Shown piece after piece: positions 21,273-30,567 of a DNA stretch of 64,000 nt. The position numbers and the translations under genes are program-made. The notes under the pieces are model-generated. The model ran no database searches. It saw nothing but the letters and a program-made list of their open reading frames with translations, and was not told the origin of the DNA. Position 1 is the first letter of the stretch. Every line of letters starts with the position of its first letter. This DNA comes from a virus. The stretch spans positions 24,443-88,442 of the IMG/VR virus record IMGVR_UViG_3300032236_001304; one strand, 5' to 3'.

Positions 21273-21677
21273 ATGGCAAAAAAAGTTACAAAAAAAGGTT
21301 GGGTAGCAAAAAAGAATGGTTTTAAAAGTGGTTTAGAAGATACCGTTTCCCAACAAATAGAAAGTAAAGGAATTAAAGTAGAATATGAAACAGAGGAAGT
21401 TAAATATATCATCCCTGCTTCACCTCACACTTATCATCCTGATTTTAAGTTACCTAATGGTATCAGGGTAGAAACGAAAGGTAGATTTGTATTAGCTGAT
21501 AGAAAGAAACATATATTAGTTAAAGAACAAAATCCTCAATTAGATATTCGTTTCGTATTTACCAATTCAAAGAACAAAATCAACAAAAAATCCAAAACTA
21601 CCTATGCAGATTGGTGTGAAAAGAATGGATTTAAGTATGCCGATAAGGTAATACCAGACGAATGGTTTACCGAATAA
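21273..21677 (+). CDS. Endonuclease I / Holliday junction resolvase, T7 gp3 family
   Basis: FKSGLE, YIIPASPHTYHPDF-x-LPNGI-x-VETKG-x-F...DRKKH-x-L-x-KEQ-x-P-x-LDIRFVF...SKTTYADWCEK closely follow T7 endonuclease I. Confidence 0.93.
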   Translation: MAKKVTKKGWVAKKNGFKSGLEDTVSQQIESKGIKVEYETEEVKYIIPASPHTYHPDFKLPNGIRVETKGRFVLADRKKHILVKEQNPQLDIRFVFTNSKNKINKKSKTTYADWCEKNGFKYADKVIPDEWFTE

Positions 21678-21709
21678 TTTGGTAAATTCAACTATTTTCC
21701 GTATATTTG
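21678..21709 (+). promoter_or_regulatory. Bacteroidota-type primary-sigma promoter (-33 TTTG / -7 TAnnTTTG)
   Basis: TTTG 21678-21681, 20-nt spacer, TATATTTG 21702-21709: exact match to the Bacteroides/Flavobacterium consensus, filling the gap before the primase. Confidence 0.8.
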
Positions 21710-21713
21710 ATAT

Positions 21714-22715
21714 ATGGAGATAATACAACTATTTGATAAATACATTGGACCAAGCAAAGCTCTTAAGAAAAATGAGCATGCATATCATTGTCCTTTCTGT
21801 CATCATCACAAACCAAAACTACAAATAAACGATAAAACCCATAAGTTCCATTGTTGGACTTGTAATGCGGGTGGTAATCTTATGTATTTGGGTAAAAAAA
21901 TTGGAATGGGTGAATTAGACCTAACTGATTTATATGCTAGATGTGGAATGAGTGAAGAGGTTAGACAGAAATTAAAAGAAGATTGGGGTGGTTCTATTAA
22001 AGAATTATTAGATAAAATTACAGCAGAACAAGAAGAAGAACAAGCTGAAAACACATCACAATTATTTTTACCACCTGAATTTAAATCAGCATTAGAACTA
22101 AAAATAGATAAGAAAAATCCAATTGAAGGACATGCAATAAAATATCTTAAAGAAAGAGGTATAACTAAAAAACATATCATTAGATATAACATTGGATTTT
22201 GTCAAAAAGGATTATATGCAGGTAGAGTTATTATTCCATCATATGATAGTAGAAATCAATTAAATTATTTTATAGCAAGAAGTATATTTCCTGATGAGAA
22301 ACAAAAATACAAAAATCCTCCTGTTTCTAAAGATGTTATAGTATTTTCTAATCAAATTGACTGGAAACAACCTATCACTTTATGTGAGGGAGTATTTGAT
22401 GCAATTGCTTTGAAAAGAAATGCTATTCCATTATTAGGTAAATTTGTTCAAAAAACCTTAATGGGTGCTATTAAAAATACTAACCCAGATGTGTATATTT
22501 GTTTAGATTCGGATGCACAAGAAGATGCAATGGTATTATATAACAAAATAAAACCATATGTAAAGTCGGTGAAAAACATTAAGTTAGATGGTAAGGATGC
22601 GGGTGAAAATAGTTTCCAAAATATTTTGAAATATCAGAAAAATTCCGTAACTTTAAGTTGGGAAAGCGTATTAAGAGAAAAACTATATAATATAAGTTCT
22701 TCTATATTAAAATAA
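21714..22715 (+). CDS. DNA primase (zinc-binding plus TOPRIM domains)
   Basis: CPFC...HCWTC zinc finger, YLKERGI, GRVIIP, KYKNP, CEGVFDA and LDSD TOPRIM motifs. Confidence 0.92.
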   Translation: MEIIQLFDKYIGPSKALKKNEHAYHCPFCHHHKPKLQINDKTHKFHCWTCNAGGNLMYLGKKIGMGELDLTDLYARCGMSEEVRQKLKEDWGGSIKELLDKITAEQEEEQAENTSQLFLPPEFKSALELKIDKKNPIEGHAIKYLKERGITKKHIIRYNIGFCQKGLYAGRVIIPSYDSRNQLNYFIARSIFPDEKQKYKNPPVSKDVIVFSNQIDWKQPITLCEGVFDAIALKRNAIPLLGKFVQKTLMGAIKNTNPDVYICLDSDAQEDAMVLYNKIKPYVKSVKNIKLDGKDAGENSFQNILKYQKNSVTLSWESVLREKLYNISSSILK

Positions 22716-22722
22716 ACAATAA

Positions 22723-25700
22723 ATGAATAAATTAAAAAGAATTTATCACATTGCAGACATTCACATTAGAAATCTAAAAAGACACCAGGAATATAGAGAG
22801 GTATTTGATAGATTATTTAATGACATAAAAAACAGGGGAACTGAAGATTCCCTTATTTATTTAGCGGGGGATTTGGCTCACGCAAAATTAGAAATGTCAC
22901 CGGAGCTTCTTAACGAAATAAATTATTTTCTTAAGAAATGTTGTGAATTATGTCCTACCATATTAATCGCTGGTAATCATGATTGTAATTTGAATAATGC
23001 TGGTAGATTAGATGTATTGAGTCCAATTGTAGAAGCATTAGATTTACCTAATTTAACTTATTTAAGAAATACTCAAAGTTATACCTATGGGGGTGTAAGA
23101 TTTGATACTTTCTCTATTTTTGATGAGAAAGAAAATTGGGTATTTGAACCATTAACATCTGATACTAAAAATATTGCATTGTTTCATGGACCTGTATTAG
23201 ATGCAACTACTGATGTTGGTTATACAATTTCATCTCGTCATTTTACATCAGAAATGTTTGATGGATATGATTTAGCCCTATTAGGTGATATCCATAAAAG
23301 ACAAACTATGATTTCACCTAAAGGTTGTAAAGTAGTTTATCCAGGTTCTTTGATTCAACAAAATCATGGTGAAGCATTAGATAAACATGGTTATGCTATT
23401 TGGAATATGGATGATTTATCAGTTGAATATGTAGATGTTCAAAATGATTATGGTTATTATACTTTACATGTTGAGAATGGTATAGTACCTGATGTAACTG
23501 ATATGCCTCAGAAACCTCGTCTTAGAGTGTTTGTATCTAAAACCGATGCAGCAGATATTAAGAGAGTTACTACTGAAATTAAAAAGAAATATAAAGTAGA
23601 TGAGTTTACTATTACTCGTACCGACACTTTAGCTCGTTTAAGGACGGGTAATAAGGATGGTAAGTTGAATGTAGGTAATGTGAACGATCCTCAATACCAA
23701 GCTGGTCTTATTAAAGATTACTTAGGTAGAAACTATATGTTGGATGATGAAACATTGGGTAAGATTGAGGACTTGAACAATAAACTAAACAAAAGATTAA
23801 ATGATGATGATTTAGTTAAGAACATAGCTTGGAAACCAATTCGTTTTGAGTTTGATAATATGTTCAGTTATGGAGAAGATAATATCGTTAACTTTGAAAA
23901 TATGAAAGGGTTAATGGGTGTGTTCGCTCCAAACGCAAGTGGTAAATCTTCTTTGTTTGATGCATTATCATTTTGTATATTTGATAAGAGTAGTAGAGCT
24001 TTCAAAGCAGCTAACATTCTAAACAATCGTAAAACATCATTTAATTGTAAGTTAGAGTTCGATATCAATGATGAAAGATTTTTTATTGAAAGAACCGCTA
24101 AAACAAGTAAGAAAGGTGATTCAGTTAAATGTGATGTAAACTTTTGGAAAATAGAAGGTGATGAAATTGTAAACCTAAATGGTGATGAACGTAGAGGAAC
24201 TGATAAAGTAATTGAATCTTATTTAGGTAAATATGAAGATTTTGTTTTAACTGCATTATCTTTACAAGGAAACAATTCTCTATTCATTGATAAATCTCAA
24301 TCAGAAAGAAAGGATTTATTAGCTCAATTTATGGGTATTAATGTCTTTGATAAGTTATATGACTTAGCAAGTGAAGATATTAAAGAAGTTCAGGTTTTAT
24401 TAAGAAATTTTAAGAGAACAGATTTTACATCAGAGTTGGCAACAGCAGAAAGTAAATTAGAATTATTAAAAGATGATTACGAAGAATTTGAAATTGAGAA
24501 AGAACGTTATGAAGATAGACAAGATGAATTAAATGAACAAATAACTAATTTATCAGCTCAATTAGTTCCTATGGATGGTAATTTAGATATTAATGATTTG
24601 AATACCAAAAAACAACAATTACAAAATAGTTTAGAGGAATTAAAAGAATTAAGTATTACCAAAGCTACAACTCTTAGTGATATTGTTGCTAAGGTAGTAG
24701 AACTAAAAAAATTATTAGCTGAAAAAGAAAATCCTAATGGTGTTAATATAGAAGTTGTATATTCTAATTATCAAAAAGAACAAAAAGCATTAGTTGAAGC
24801 AACTAAAGTATATGATAATGCAAAATTACATTTAAGTTTAGCAAAAGAAAAGATTAAACATTTGGATAATCATGAATATGACCCTAATTGTAAATTTTGT
24901 TGTGATAATACTTTTGTAAAAGATGCAATGAATGCAAAAAACACATTACCTCAAATACAAGAGATAGTAAATCAAGCTATAATAGATTGTACTGGTATTC
25001 AACAAACATTGGATACTATGGAAGGTATAGAGGAACAATACAAAGAAGTAACGGAATTAAAAGCTAAAATACACAAAGGAGTACAAGCACATACAAATAA
25101 AACTTTAGAATTTAGTGGTATGGTTACTCAAAAAGAGTTATACGAAGCACAATTAACAGCAGTTGATTTAGATATTGAAAGATACTATGCCAACGAAGCA
25201 AACATTCAAAACAATGATTCTTTAGAGGAACAAATTGATATTAAGAAACAAGAATTAGCTGGAGTTAGTAAAGACCTAAGAGAGATAGCAACTAGATTAT
25301 TAGAGTTAAATGGGCAGATAGTTCAAACACAATCTTACATTACATCAGTTACCGATAAGATGGCTGAAGCAAAAGATTTAGAAGAAAAGTTCCAAATCTA
25401 CGAATACTATTTAGATGCAGTTAAAAGAGATGGTGTTTCATATGAATTGATTGCAAAGGCTCTACCAGTGATAGAAGGTGAGGTAAATAACATCTTACAA
25501 CAAATTGTAGAGTTCGGTATCGTTTTTGATATGAGTGGTAAGAATGTGAACGCTAGGATTGTTTATGAGGATCAGCATTGGCCATTAGAAATGTGTAGTG
25601 GTATGGAAAAGTTCGTTAGTGGATTGGCAATTAGAGTTGCACTTATTAATGTATGTAACTTACCTCGTCCAAACTTTTTAGTAATTGATGAAGGATTTGG

Positions 25701-25869
25701 AACATTAGATAGTGATAACTTACAATCTATCTTTATGATGTTTGATTATCTTAAAACACAATTTGATTTCATTAATATCATTTCTCACTTGGATGCAATG
25801 CGAGATGTAGTAGATACATTAGTTGAAATTAAAAAAATAGATGGGTTCTCACAAATACAATATAAATAA
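22723..25869 (+). CDS. Fused Mre11/SbcD nuclease - Rad50/SbcC ATPase (gp47-gp46 fusion)
   Basis: N-terminus: ADIH, AGD, AGNHD, LFHG, LGDIH, YPGS phosphoesterase motifs. C-terminus: Walker A APNASGKSS, Q-loop SLQG, coiled coil with CKFC zinc hook, signature CSGMEK, Walker B VIDEGFGTLD, ISH. No stop between them. Confidence 0.93.
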   Translation: MNKLKRIYHIADIHIRNLKRHQEYREVFDRLFNDIKNRGTEDSLIYLAGDLAHAKLEMSPELLNEINYFLKKCCELCPTILIAGNHDCNLNNAGRLDVLSPIVEALDLPNLTYLRNTQSYTYGGVRFDTFSIFDEKENWVFEPLTSDTKNIALFHGPVLDATTDVGYTISSRHFTSEMFDGYDLALLGDIHKRQTMISPKGCKVVYPGSLIQQNHGEALDKHGYAIWNMDDLSVEYVDVQNDYGYYTLHVENGIVPDVTDMPQKPRLRVFVSKTDAADIKRVTTEIKKKYKVDEFTITRTDTLARLRTGNKDGKLNVGNVNDPQYQAGLIKDYLGRNYMLDDETLGKIEDLNNKLNKRLNDDDLVKNIAWKPIRFEFDNMFSYGEDNIVNFENMKGLMGVFAPNASGKSSLFDALSFCIFDKSSRAFKAANILNNRKTSFNCKLEFDINDERFFIERTAKTSKKGDSVKCDVNFWKIEGDEIVNLNGDERRGTDKVIESYLGKYEDFVLTALSLQGNNSLFIDKSQSERKDLLAQFMGINVFDKLYDLASEDIKEVQVLLRNFKRTDFTSELATAESKLELLKDDYEEFEIEKERYEDRQDELNEQITNLSAQLVPMDGNLDINDLNTKKQQLQNSLEELKELSITKATTLSDIVAKVVELKKLLAEKENPNGVNIEVVYSNYQKEQKALVEATKVYDNAKLHLSLAKEKIKHLDNHEYDPNCKFCCDNTFVKDAMNAKNTLPQIQEIVNQAIIDCTGIQQTLDTMEGIEEQYKEVTELKAKIHKGVQAHTNKTLEFSGMVTQKELYEAQLTAVDLDIERYYANEANIQNNDSLEEQIDIKKQELAGVSKDLREIATRLLELNGQIVQTQSYITSVTDKMAEAKDLEEKFQIYEYYLDAVKRDGVSYELIAKALPVIEGEVNNILQQIVEFGIVFDMSGKNVNARIVYEDQHWPLEMCSGMEKFVSGLAIRVALINVCNLPRPNFLVIDEGFGTLDSDNLQSIFMMFDYLKTQFDFINIISHLDAMRDVVDTLVEIKKIDGFSQIQYK

Positions 25870-25889
25870 TATTTATATTAAATACTACT

Positions 25890-26549
25890 ATGTTTAATCA
25901 AAACTTATTTGATGAATTAAAAACCAAAGGGTTTTTAGAACTTAAATTAGAAAATTTATTTCCAGATAGATTTGCAAAATTTGTAGAAATTTCTACAAAA
26001 TTAAAAAAAACAAATTTTATTAATGCATGTCATACTGGGATAGATAATAATTGGTCACATAATGTACCATTTAATGAATTAGAAAAAATTAAAGAAAGAG
26101 GATTGAATAGTAATTCAATTTGGCAATTTTGGTTTTTTGATGGAAATTTAAATTTATACATTTCACATGAAGATATTATATTTTTAAAAAAATTAATTAC
26201 TGATATTCGTGATATTATTTATCCATTAGATGTTTTAAACGCCGATGGTAGAAACGATGGTAATATAGAATTAACACTATATAATAAAGGTTGTTTTGTA
26301 GGTCCACATGAGGATGGTAATGGTGGAGATAAATTATGTAATCTTTTAATTTATTTAAATGAAGATTATGAAGAAGGATTTGGTGGAGAAATTGTAATAA
26401 ATGATAATATAATAAAACCATTATTAGGAAATATAGTAGTATTAGATTTCTTATATGTAAATCCAACACATTCTGTTAACACAATAGTAAAAGATGGGTT
26501 TAATAGATTTGCATTAATCACACCATTCTTTAAAAATGAATATTTATAA
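25890..26549 (+). CDS. 2OG-Fe(II) oxygenase (prolyl-hydroxylase-like)
   Basis: Y...HED, LIYLN...GGE, HSV, R: HxD...H iron triad plus 2OG-binding Arg; preceded by TATTTATA (25870-25877). Confidence 0.85.
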   Translation: MFNQNLFDELKTKGFLELKLENLFPDRFAKFVEISTKLKKTNFINACHTGIDNNWSHNVPFNELEKIKERGLNSNSIWQFWFFDGNLNLYISHEDIIFLKKLITDIRDIIYPLDVLNADGRNDGNIELTLYNKGCFVGPHEDGNGGDKLCNLLIYLNEDYEEGFGGEIVINDNIIKPLLGNIVVLDFLYVNPTHSVNTIVKDGFNRFALITPFFKNEYL

Positions 26550-26567
26550 AAAAGAATATTCAATAAA

Positions 26568-29500
26568 ATGGCCGTTGATATAAAAGTTGCTCCGGATGAG
26601 AAATTAGAATTAGTACAAACATACGTTACAGATACTAATCCAAATTCAGATTACTTTGTTATAAGTGAACTACCTGATACATTTTCAGGTGGTAAAAATG
26701 CATTCTTAATAGCAGGTTCAGATAAATTATTAAGCAACACAGAAATAAAAATTCAAGTTAGAGATGCAGCAGGTAACGTTTGTTATATAGAGTTTTCAAA
26801 TGGTTTACCAACTGAGTATTATGAAGGAAATTCTAAAGTAGTAGCAGTATATGTATACCCTACTTTAACTGCATTTGGTCCAGCAACAATTACAATATTA
26901 GGTCAATTAAAAGATACGCCTCCTGAATGGAATGGGTTATATAGTGTAAAATGGCAAAGACAGGTTAATATAAATCCTGCATTAGCTAACACAACAAGAG
27001 TAAGATTATACAAAAGACCTGCGGTTTCAATTAAAGAATTATTACAACCACTTTATTCAATTGTAAGTGGAAGTAAAGTAGCATCATTAGTTACTCAATC
27101 ATTTGCATCAATTACGGTAAATCAATTAGAAACATTTGCTGGTGATGTAAAAAGAGTAAAGGTATATAGAACATCGGCGGGTGATATATCTGATTATGAA
27201 TTAATACAAGATATTTCAATAGAAGCTAAAAATCTTTTAACTACATATGCGTTGAGTGGTAGTGTAGTAGGAAATGCGGGTTTATTTGGTCCTGATAGTT
27301 TAAGTAAAGTTTGGAATACCGGTTCTTTATATGCAACATTAAATTCGACATATGTAACAGATGGGTTAGAATTAACAGGTAGTGGATATTTTAAATATAC
27401 ATCATCATTAAATTTATTAAGTTCAAATACATATGAATTAGAATTAGATACATTTTATACAGGTTCAACTGCTACAAATTTAGTAGCATATATTAGTGGT
27501 ACTCAAAATGGAGTAATTCCAATTACTACATTTAGTGGTTCAACTCCAACTAAAAACTTTGGAACAACTACAATACCATTTACAATTCCAAATGATGAAC
27601 CAACGGCAAGTTTATATCTTTCACAATCAAGTGGAATTAACCAATGGCATGTTGGAAACATATCATTAAACCTTTCACAAGATACAGCATTTTCACCAAA
27701 CGAAGTTAGTTTTATTACATCAATGCCGACAGTATTGGGTAACGAAACATTTAATTTTAAATTTGAATTATATGATGTAAACAATAATTATGTACCAGTT
27801 GCAGTGACAGCAAGTGCATTATTTAACGGTGGTAATAACAATATTGGTGGAACATTATTAATAGTTAGTTCATCAACATCAGCATCAAATGCATATACAT
27901 CAGCATCTATATTAGCATTATCACAATCGGTAAGTGGAACAATTGGTATAGTAACTGGTAGTGTATCATTTGTAAGTACATCGGTTTCATCATCATTATC
28001 ACAATCGTTTGGTGCAACTGCAGCAGCTAGTGCAAGTTTACAAAGTTCATCTTTATATATTAGTGCATCGGTTAGCGGCACTATTTCAAATGTTTCTCAA
28101 AGTGCAAGTTCATCATTATCATTAGTTTCTCAAAGTGTTAGTAAAAGTATTGCATCTATAAGTGCATCGGCTGCAAGTGCATCTAATTTTAACTATGCAT
28201 ATACAACGTATTTAGATGGAAATATTTTTACAGATTCAACCGGTAAATTAATTAAAACGCCGGCGACATCATCTACTCAAAATGGATTATATACAGGACA
28301 ACAATACTTAGGATTTTATAGTGGAAGTAGTTGGAAAACCTATATGGCTAACAATGGTAATTTCTATTTAACATCATCGGTAGCAGGTGGTGGTTTTATG
28401 GCATGGAATGCAGCTGCAGCAAATTTGGCAATAGCAGGAAATATAACAATATTAGGTGGAGATGCAGCAACAACTGCATCAGTAACTACTGCTGTAAATA
28501 ATGGTACTGCCTCATTAAGTCAATCATTAGCACCAAATATATTTACAGATTCAAATGGTAAAATTGTAAGACCTCCAACAAATCCTGCTTCAAATTATGG
28601 TTTATTTTTAGCGAGTGATCATTTAGGATTTTATAGTGCAAGTGCAACCGATGGTGGGACTTGGAAAACTTATATGGATAATAGCGGAAAATTTTATTTG
28701 ACAGGTTCTGCTTCAAACTATCTTAAATGGGATGGCAGTGTATTAACAATAGCTGGTGCAATTAATATTGTTGGTGGACAAGCAGCAACTGATATTGCAA
28801 ACGCAGCATCATCTGGTTCAAATGCATTATCATATGCAGTTGCAAATAATGCAACTGCATCTGCAGCAGCCGCATCACAAGCAGCAACTGCAGCATCAAC
28901 GGCAGCAAACTACGCACTTATAAATGCAAATACATCATCGATATCTGCAGCAGCTACAGCAGCTGGTTTTGCACTTATAAATGCAAATACTGCATCTATA
29001 TTTACAGACTCAACCGGAAAAATAAATAAAACACCTGCAACCGGTTCACAAACTGGATTATTTTTAGGTGATTCATATTTGGGTTATTACAATGGTAGTA
29101 ATTGGAAAACCTATATGCAAAATAATGGTAATTTTTATTTAAGTGGAACAAATGGATATTTAAGTTGGAATGCAGGAGCAGATACATTAGGAATTAAAGG
29201 TGATATTATTGCAACAAATATTACCGCAACAACAACGGGAAATATAGCGGGTTGGAATATAGATGGTAGTAGATTTTACAAATCAGTAACTAACGTTGGA
29301 TTACTTGAAATTAAATCTTCTGATAATACAATTTCAATGTATGATACTGCTAATAATTTAAAATTACAAATAAATCCGACTAATACTCAACCTACTATAA
29401 CAATACCAAGTAATACAACAACAATTGGTGCAGTTCAAGGAACATTCAAAATTCCACCTGGCGTATATACAAATAGTCAATATTATTCTGAAACAGTTGC

Positions 29501-30557
29501 ATCATTTACATTAACGGGTGCATTAAATGAAGTATTCGTAGATGATATAGGTCCTAAATTTTATGATAGTGCACTTAGTGCAGCAGATAATGCAATGAAT
29601 TACTTTGGTAACTATTGGAGATACTTAAAAGTACAAGGTGTTAAATATTATTTGTATTTACAATTAATAAATCAATCAACAGGACAAGCAAGACAATATA
29701 CTATTGCATATATTCAATGTGATTTACCATATAATCCAGCAGATGGTGCATCAAATTATAAAAATGGTTCTTTAACTACATCACCTGCACTATTTTCAAA
29801 TTTAGCAGCTGGAAATTATACATTAGGATTAATACATTATGCGGAAGCTACTCAAATAGCTAATCCATATGTACCATCTTCTCCAGGTGATGGTATAACA
29901 GTTTATCCATGGACATCTACTCAAAATGGTGTTCTTAATGTAACGTATGGTTCATCAAACGCATATTCTGTATTAAACGCGGGTGGATTATCTTTGTATC
30001 AAGGTTCTCAGAATTATGTAAAAGCAGTTTCACCGGGAAGTGGTACGGATGCATATTTTACAGTTAAAGGAAGAACTAGTTTTATAAATTCAGTAACCAT
30101 CGGTGGTACATTGAATGCAAACTTTAAACAATTCCAAATTACACATCCATTAGATAAAAATAAATGGTTATTTCACTCAGCAATAGAAGCACCAAGAGCG
30201 GATTTGATTTATAGAGGAACAATTGAATTATTAAATGGAAGTGGTAGTGTTAATATAGATAGTCAATCTAAAATGATGGATGGTACTTTTGTTGCATTAA
30301 CAAAAAATAGACAATTATTTTTACAAAACAATGTTAGTTTTGATAAAGTAATTGGAACAATAGATGGTGCAATTGTAAATGTAATTTGTGAAAATAAAAA
30401 TTCAAATGATAAAATTGGTTGGATGGTAGTAGCAGAAAGAAATGATACTGAAATTTTAGCATCTAAATTATATAATACAAGTGGTAGCTATATACCAGAA
30501 CGATATAAAGATTCTGTTTTTACAGAAAATTATACAATTGATAGTGGTTCAATTTAA
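26568..30557 (+). CDS. Tail fibre / receptor-binding protein
   Basis: 1329 aa; Ser/Ala-rich shafts, three internal repeats, GNIAGWNI motif and a C-terminal KQFQITHPL...LFHSAIEAP...YRG domain typical of phage fibres; TATTTATA at 26541-26548. Confidence 0.8.
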   Translation: MAVDIKVAPDEKLELVQTYVTDTNPNSDYFVISELPDTFSGGKNAFLIAGSDKLLSNTEIKIQVRDAAGNVCYIEFSNGLPTEYYEGNSKVVAVYVYPTLTAFGPATITILGQLKDTPPEWNGLYSVKWQRQVNINPALANTTRVRLYKRPAVSIKELLQPLYSIVSGSKVASLVTQSFASITVNQLETFAGDVKRVKVYRTSAGDISDYELIQDISIEAKNLLTTYALSGSVVGNAGLFGPDSLSKVWNTGSLYATLNSTYVTDGLELTGSGYFKYTSSLNLLSSNTYELELDTFYTGSTATNLVAYISGTQNGVIPITTFSGSTPTKNFGTTTIPFTIPNDEPTASLYLSQSSGINQWHVGNISLNLSQDTAFSPNEVSFITSMPTVLGNETFNFKFELYDVNNNYVPVAVTASALFNGGNNNIGGTLLIVSSSTSASNAYTSASILALSQSVSGTIGIVTGSVSFVSTSVSSSLSQSFGATAAASASLQSSSLYISASVSGTISNVSQSASSSLSLVSQSVSKSIASISASAASASNFNYAYTTYLDGNIFTDSTGKLIKTPATSSTQNGLYTGQQYLGFYSGSSWKTYMANNGNFYLTSSVAGGGFMAWNAAAANLAIAGNITILGGDAATTASVTTAVNNGTASLSQSLAPNIFTDSNGKIVRPPTNPASNYGLFLASDHLGFYSASATDGGTWKTYMDNSGKFYLTGSASNYLKWDGSVLTIAGAINIVGGQAATDIANAASSGSNALSYAVANNATASAAAASQAATAASTAANYALINANTSSISAAATAAGFALINANTASIFTDSTGKINKTPATGSQTGLFLGDSYLGYYNGSNWKTYMQNNGNFYLSGTNGYLSWNAGADTLGIKGDIIATNITATTTGNIAGWNIDGSRFYKSVTNVGLLEIKSSDNTISMYDTANNLKLQINPTNTQPTITIPSNTTTIGAVQGTFKIPPGVYTNSQYYSETVASFTLTGALNEVFVDDIGPKFYDSALSAADNAMNYFGNYWRYLKVQGVKYYLYLQLINQSTGQARQYTIAYIQCDLPYNPADGASNYKNGSLTTSPALFSNLAAGNYTLGLIHYAEATQIANPYVPSSPGDGITVYPWTSTQNGVLNVTYGSSNAYSVLNAGGLSLYQGSQNYVKAVSPGSGTDAYFTVKGRTSFINSVTIGGTLNANFKQFQITHPLDKNKWLFHSAIEAPRADLIYRGTIELLNGSGSVNIDSQSKMMDGTFVALTKNRQLFLQNNVSFDKVIGTIDGAIVNVICENKNSNDKIGWMVVAERNDTEILASKLYNTSGSYIPERYKDSVFTENYTIDSGSI
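28224..29145 (+). repeat. Three ~50-aa repeat modules in the tail fibre
   Basis: IFTDS(T/N)GK...GL(Y/F)...LG(F/Y)Y...WKTYM-x-N-x-G-x-FYL starting at 28224, 28539 and 28998; also a 20-bp direct repeat GCACTTATAAATGCAAATAC at 28914 and 28971. Confidence 0.9.
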
Positions 30558-30567
30558 AATAAAATAA

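Noticed and set aside
22723-25869. Intein or intron explaining the long nuclease/ATPase ORF
   Set aside because: The length is accounted for by the nuclease, ATPase and coiled coil; no intein splice motifs or LAGLIDADG/HNH insert were recognised.
26568-30557. Diversity-generating retroelement or invertase-driven tail fibre switching
   Set aside because: No reverse transcriptase, recombinase, adenine-specific TR/VR pair or inverted repeats were seen; the repeats are in-frame protein modules.
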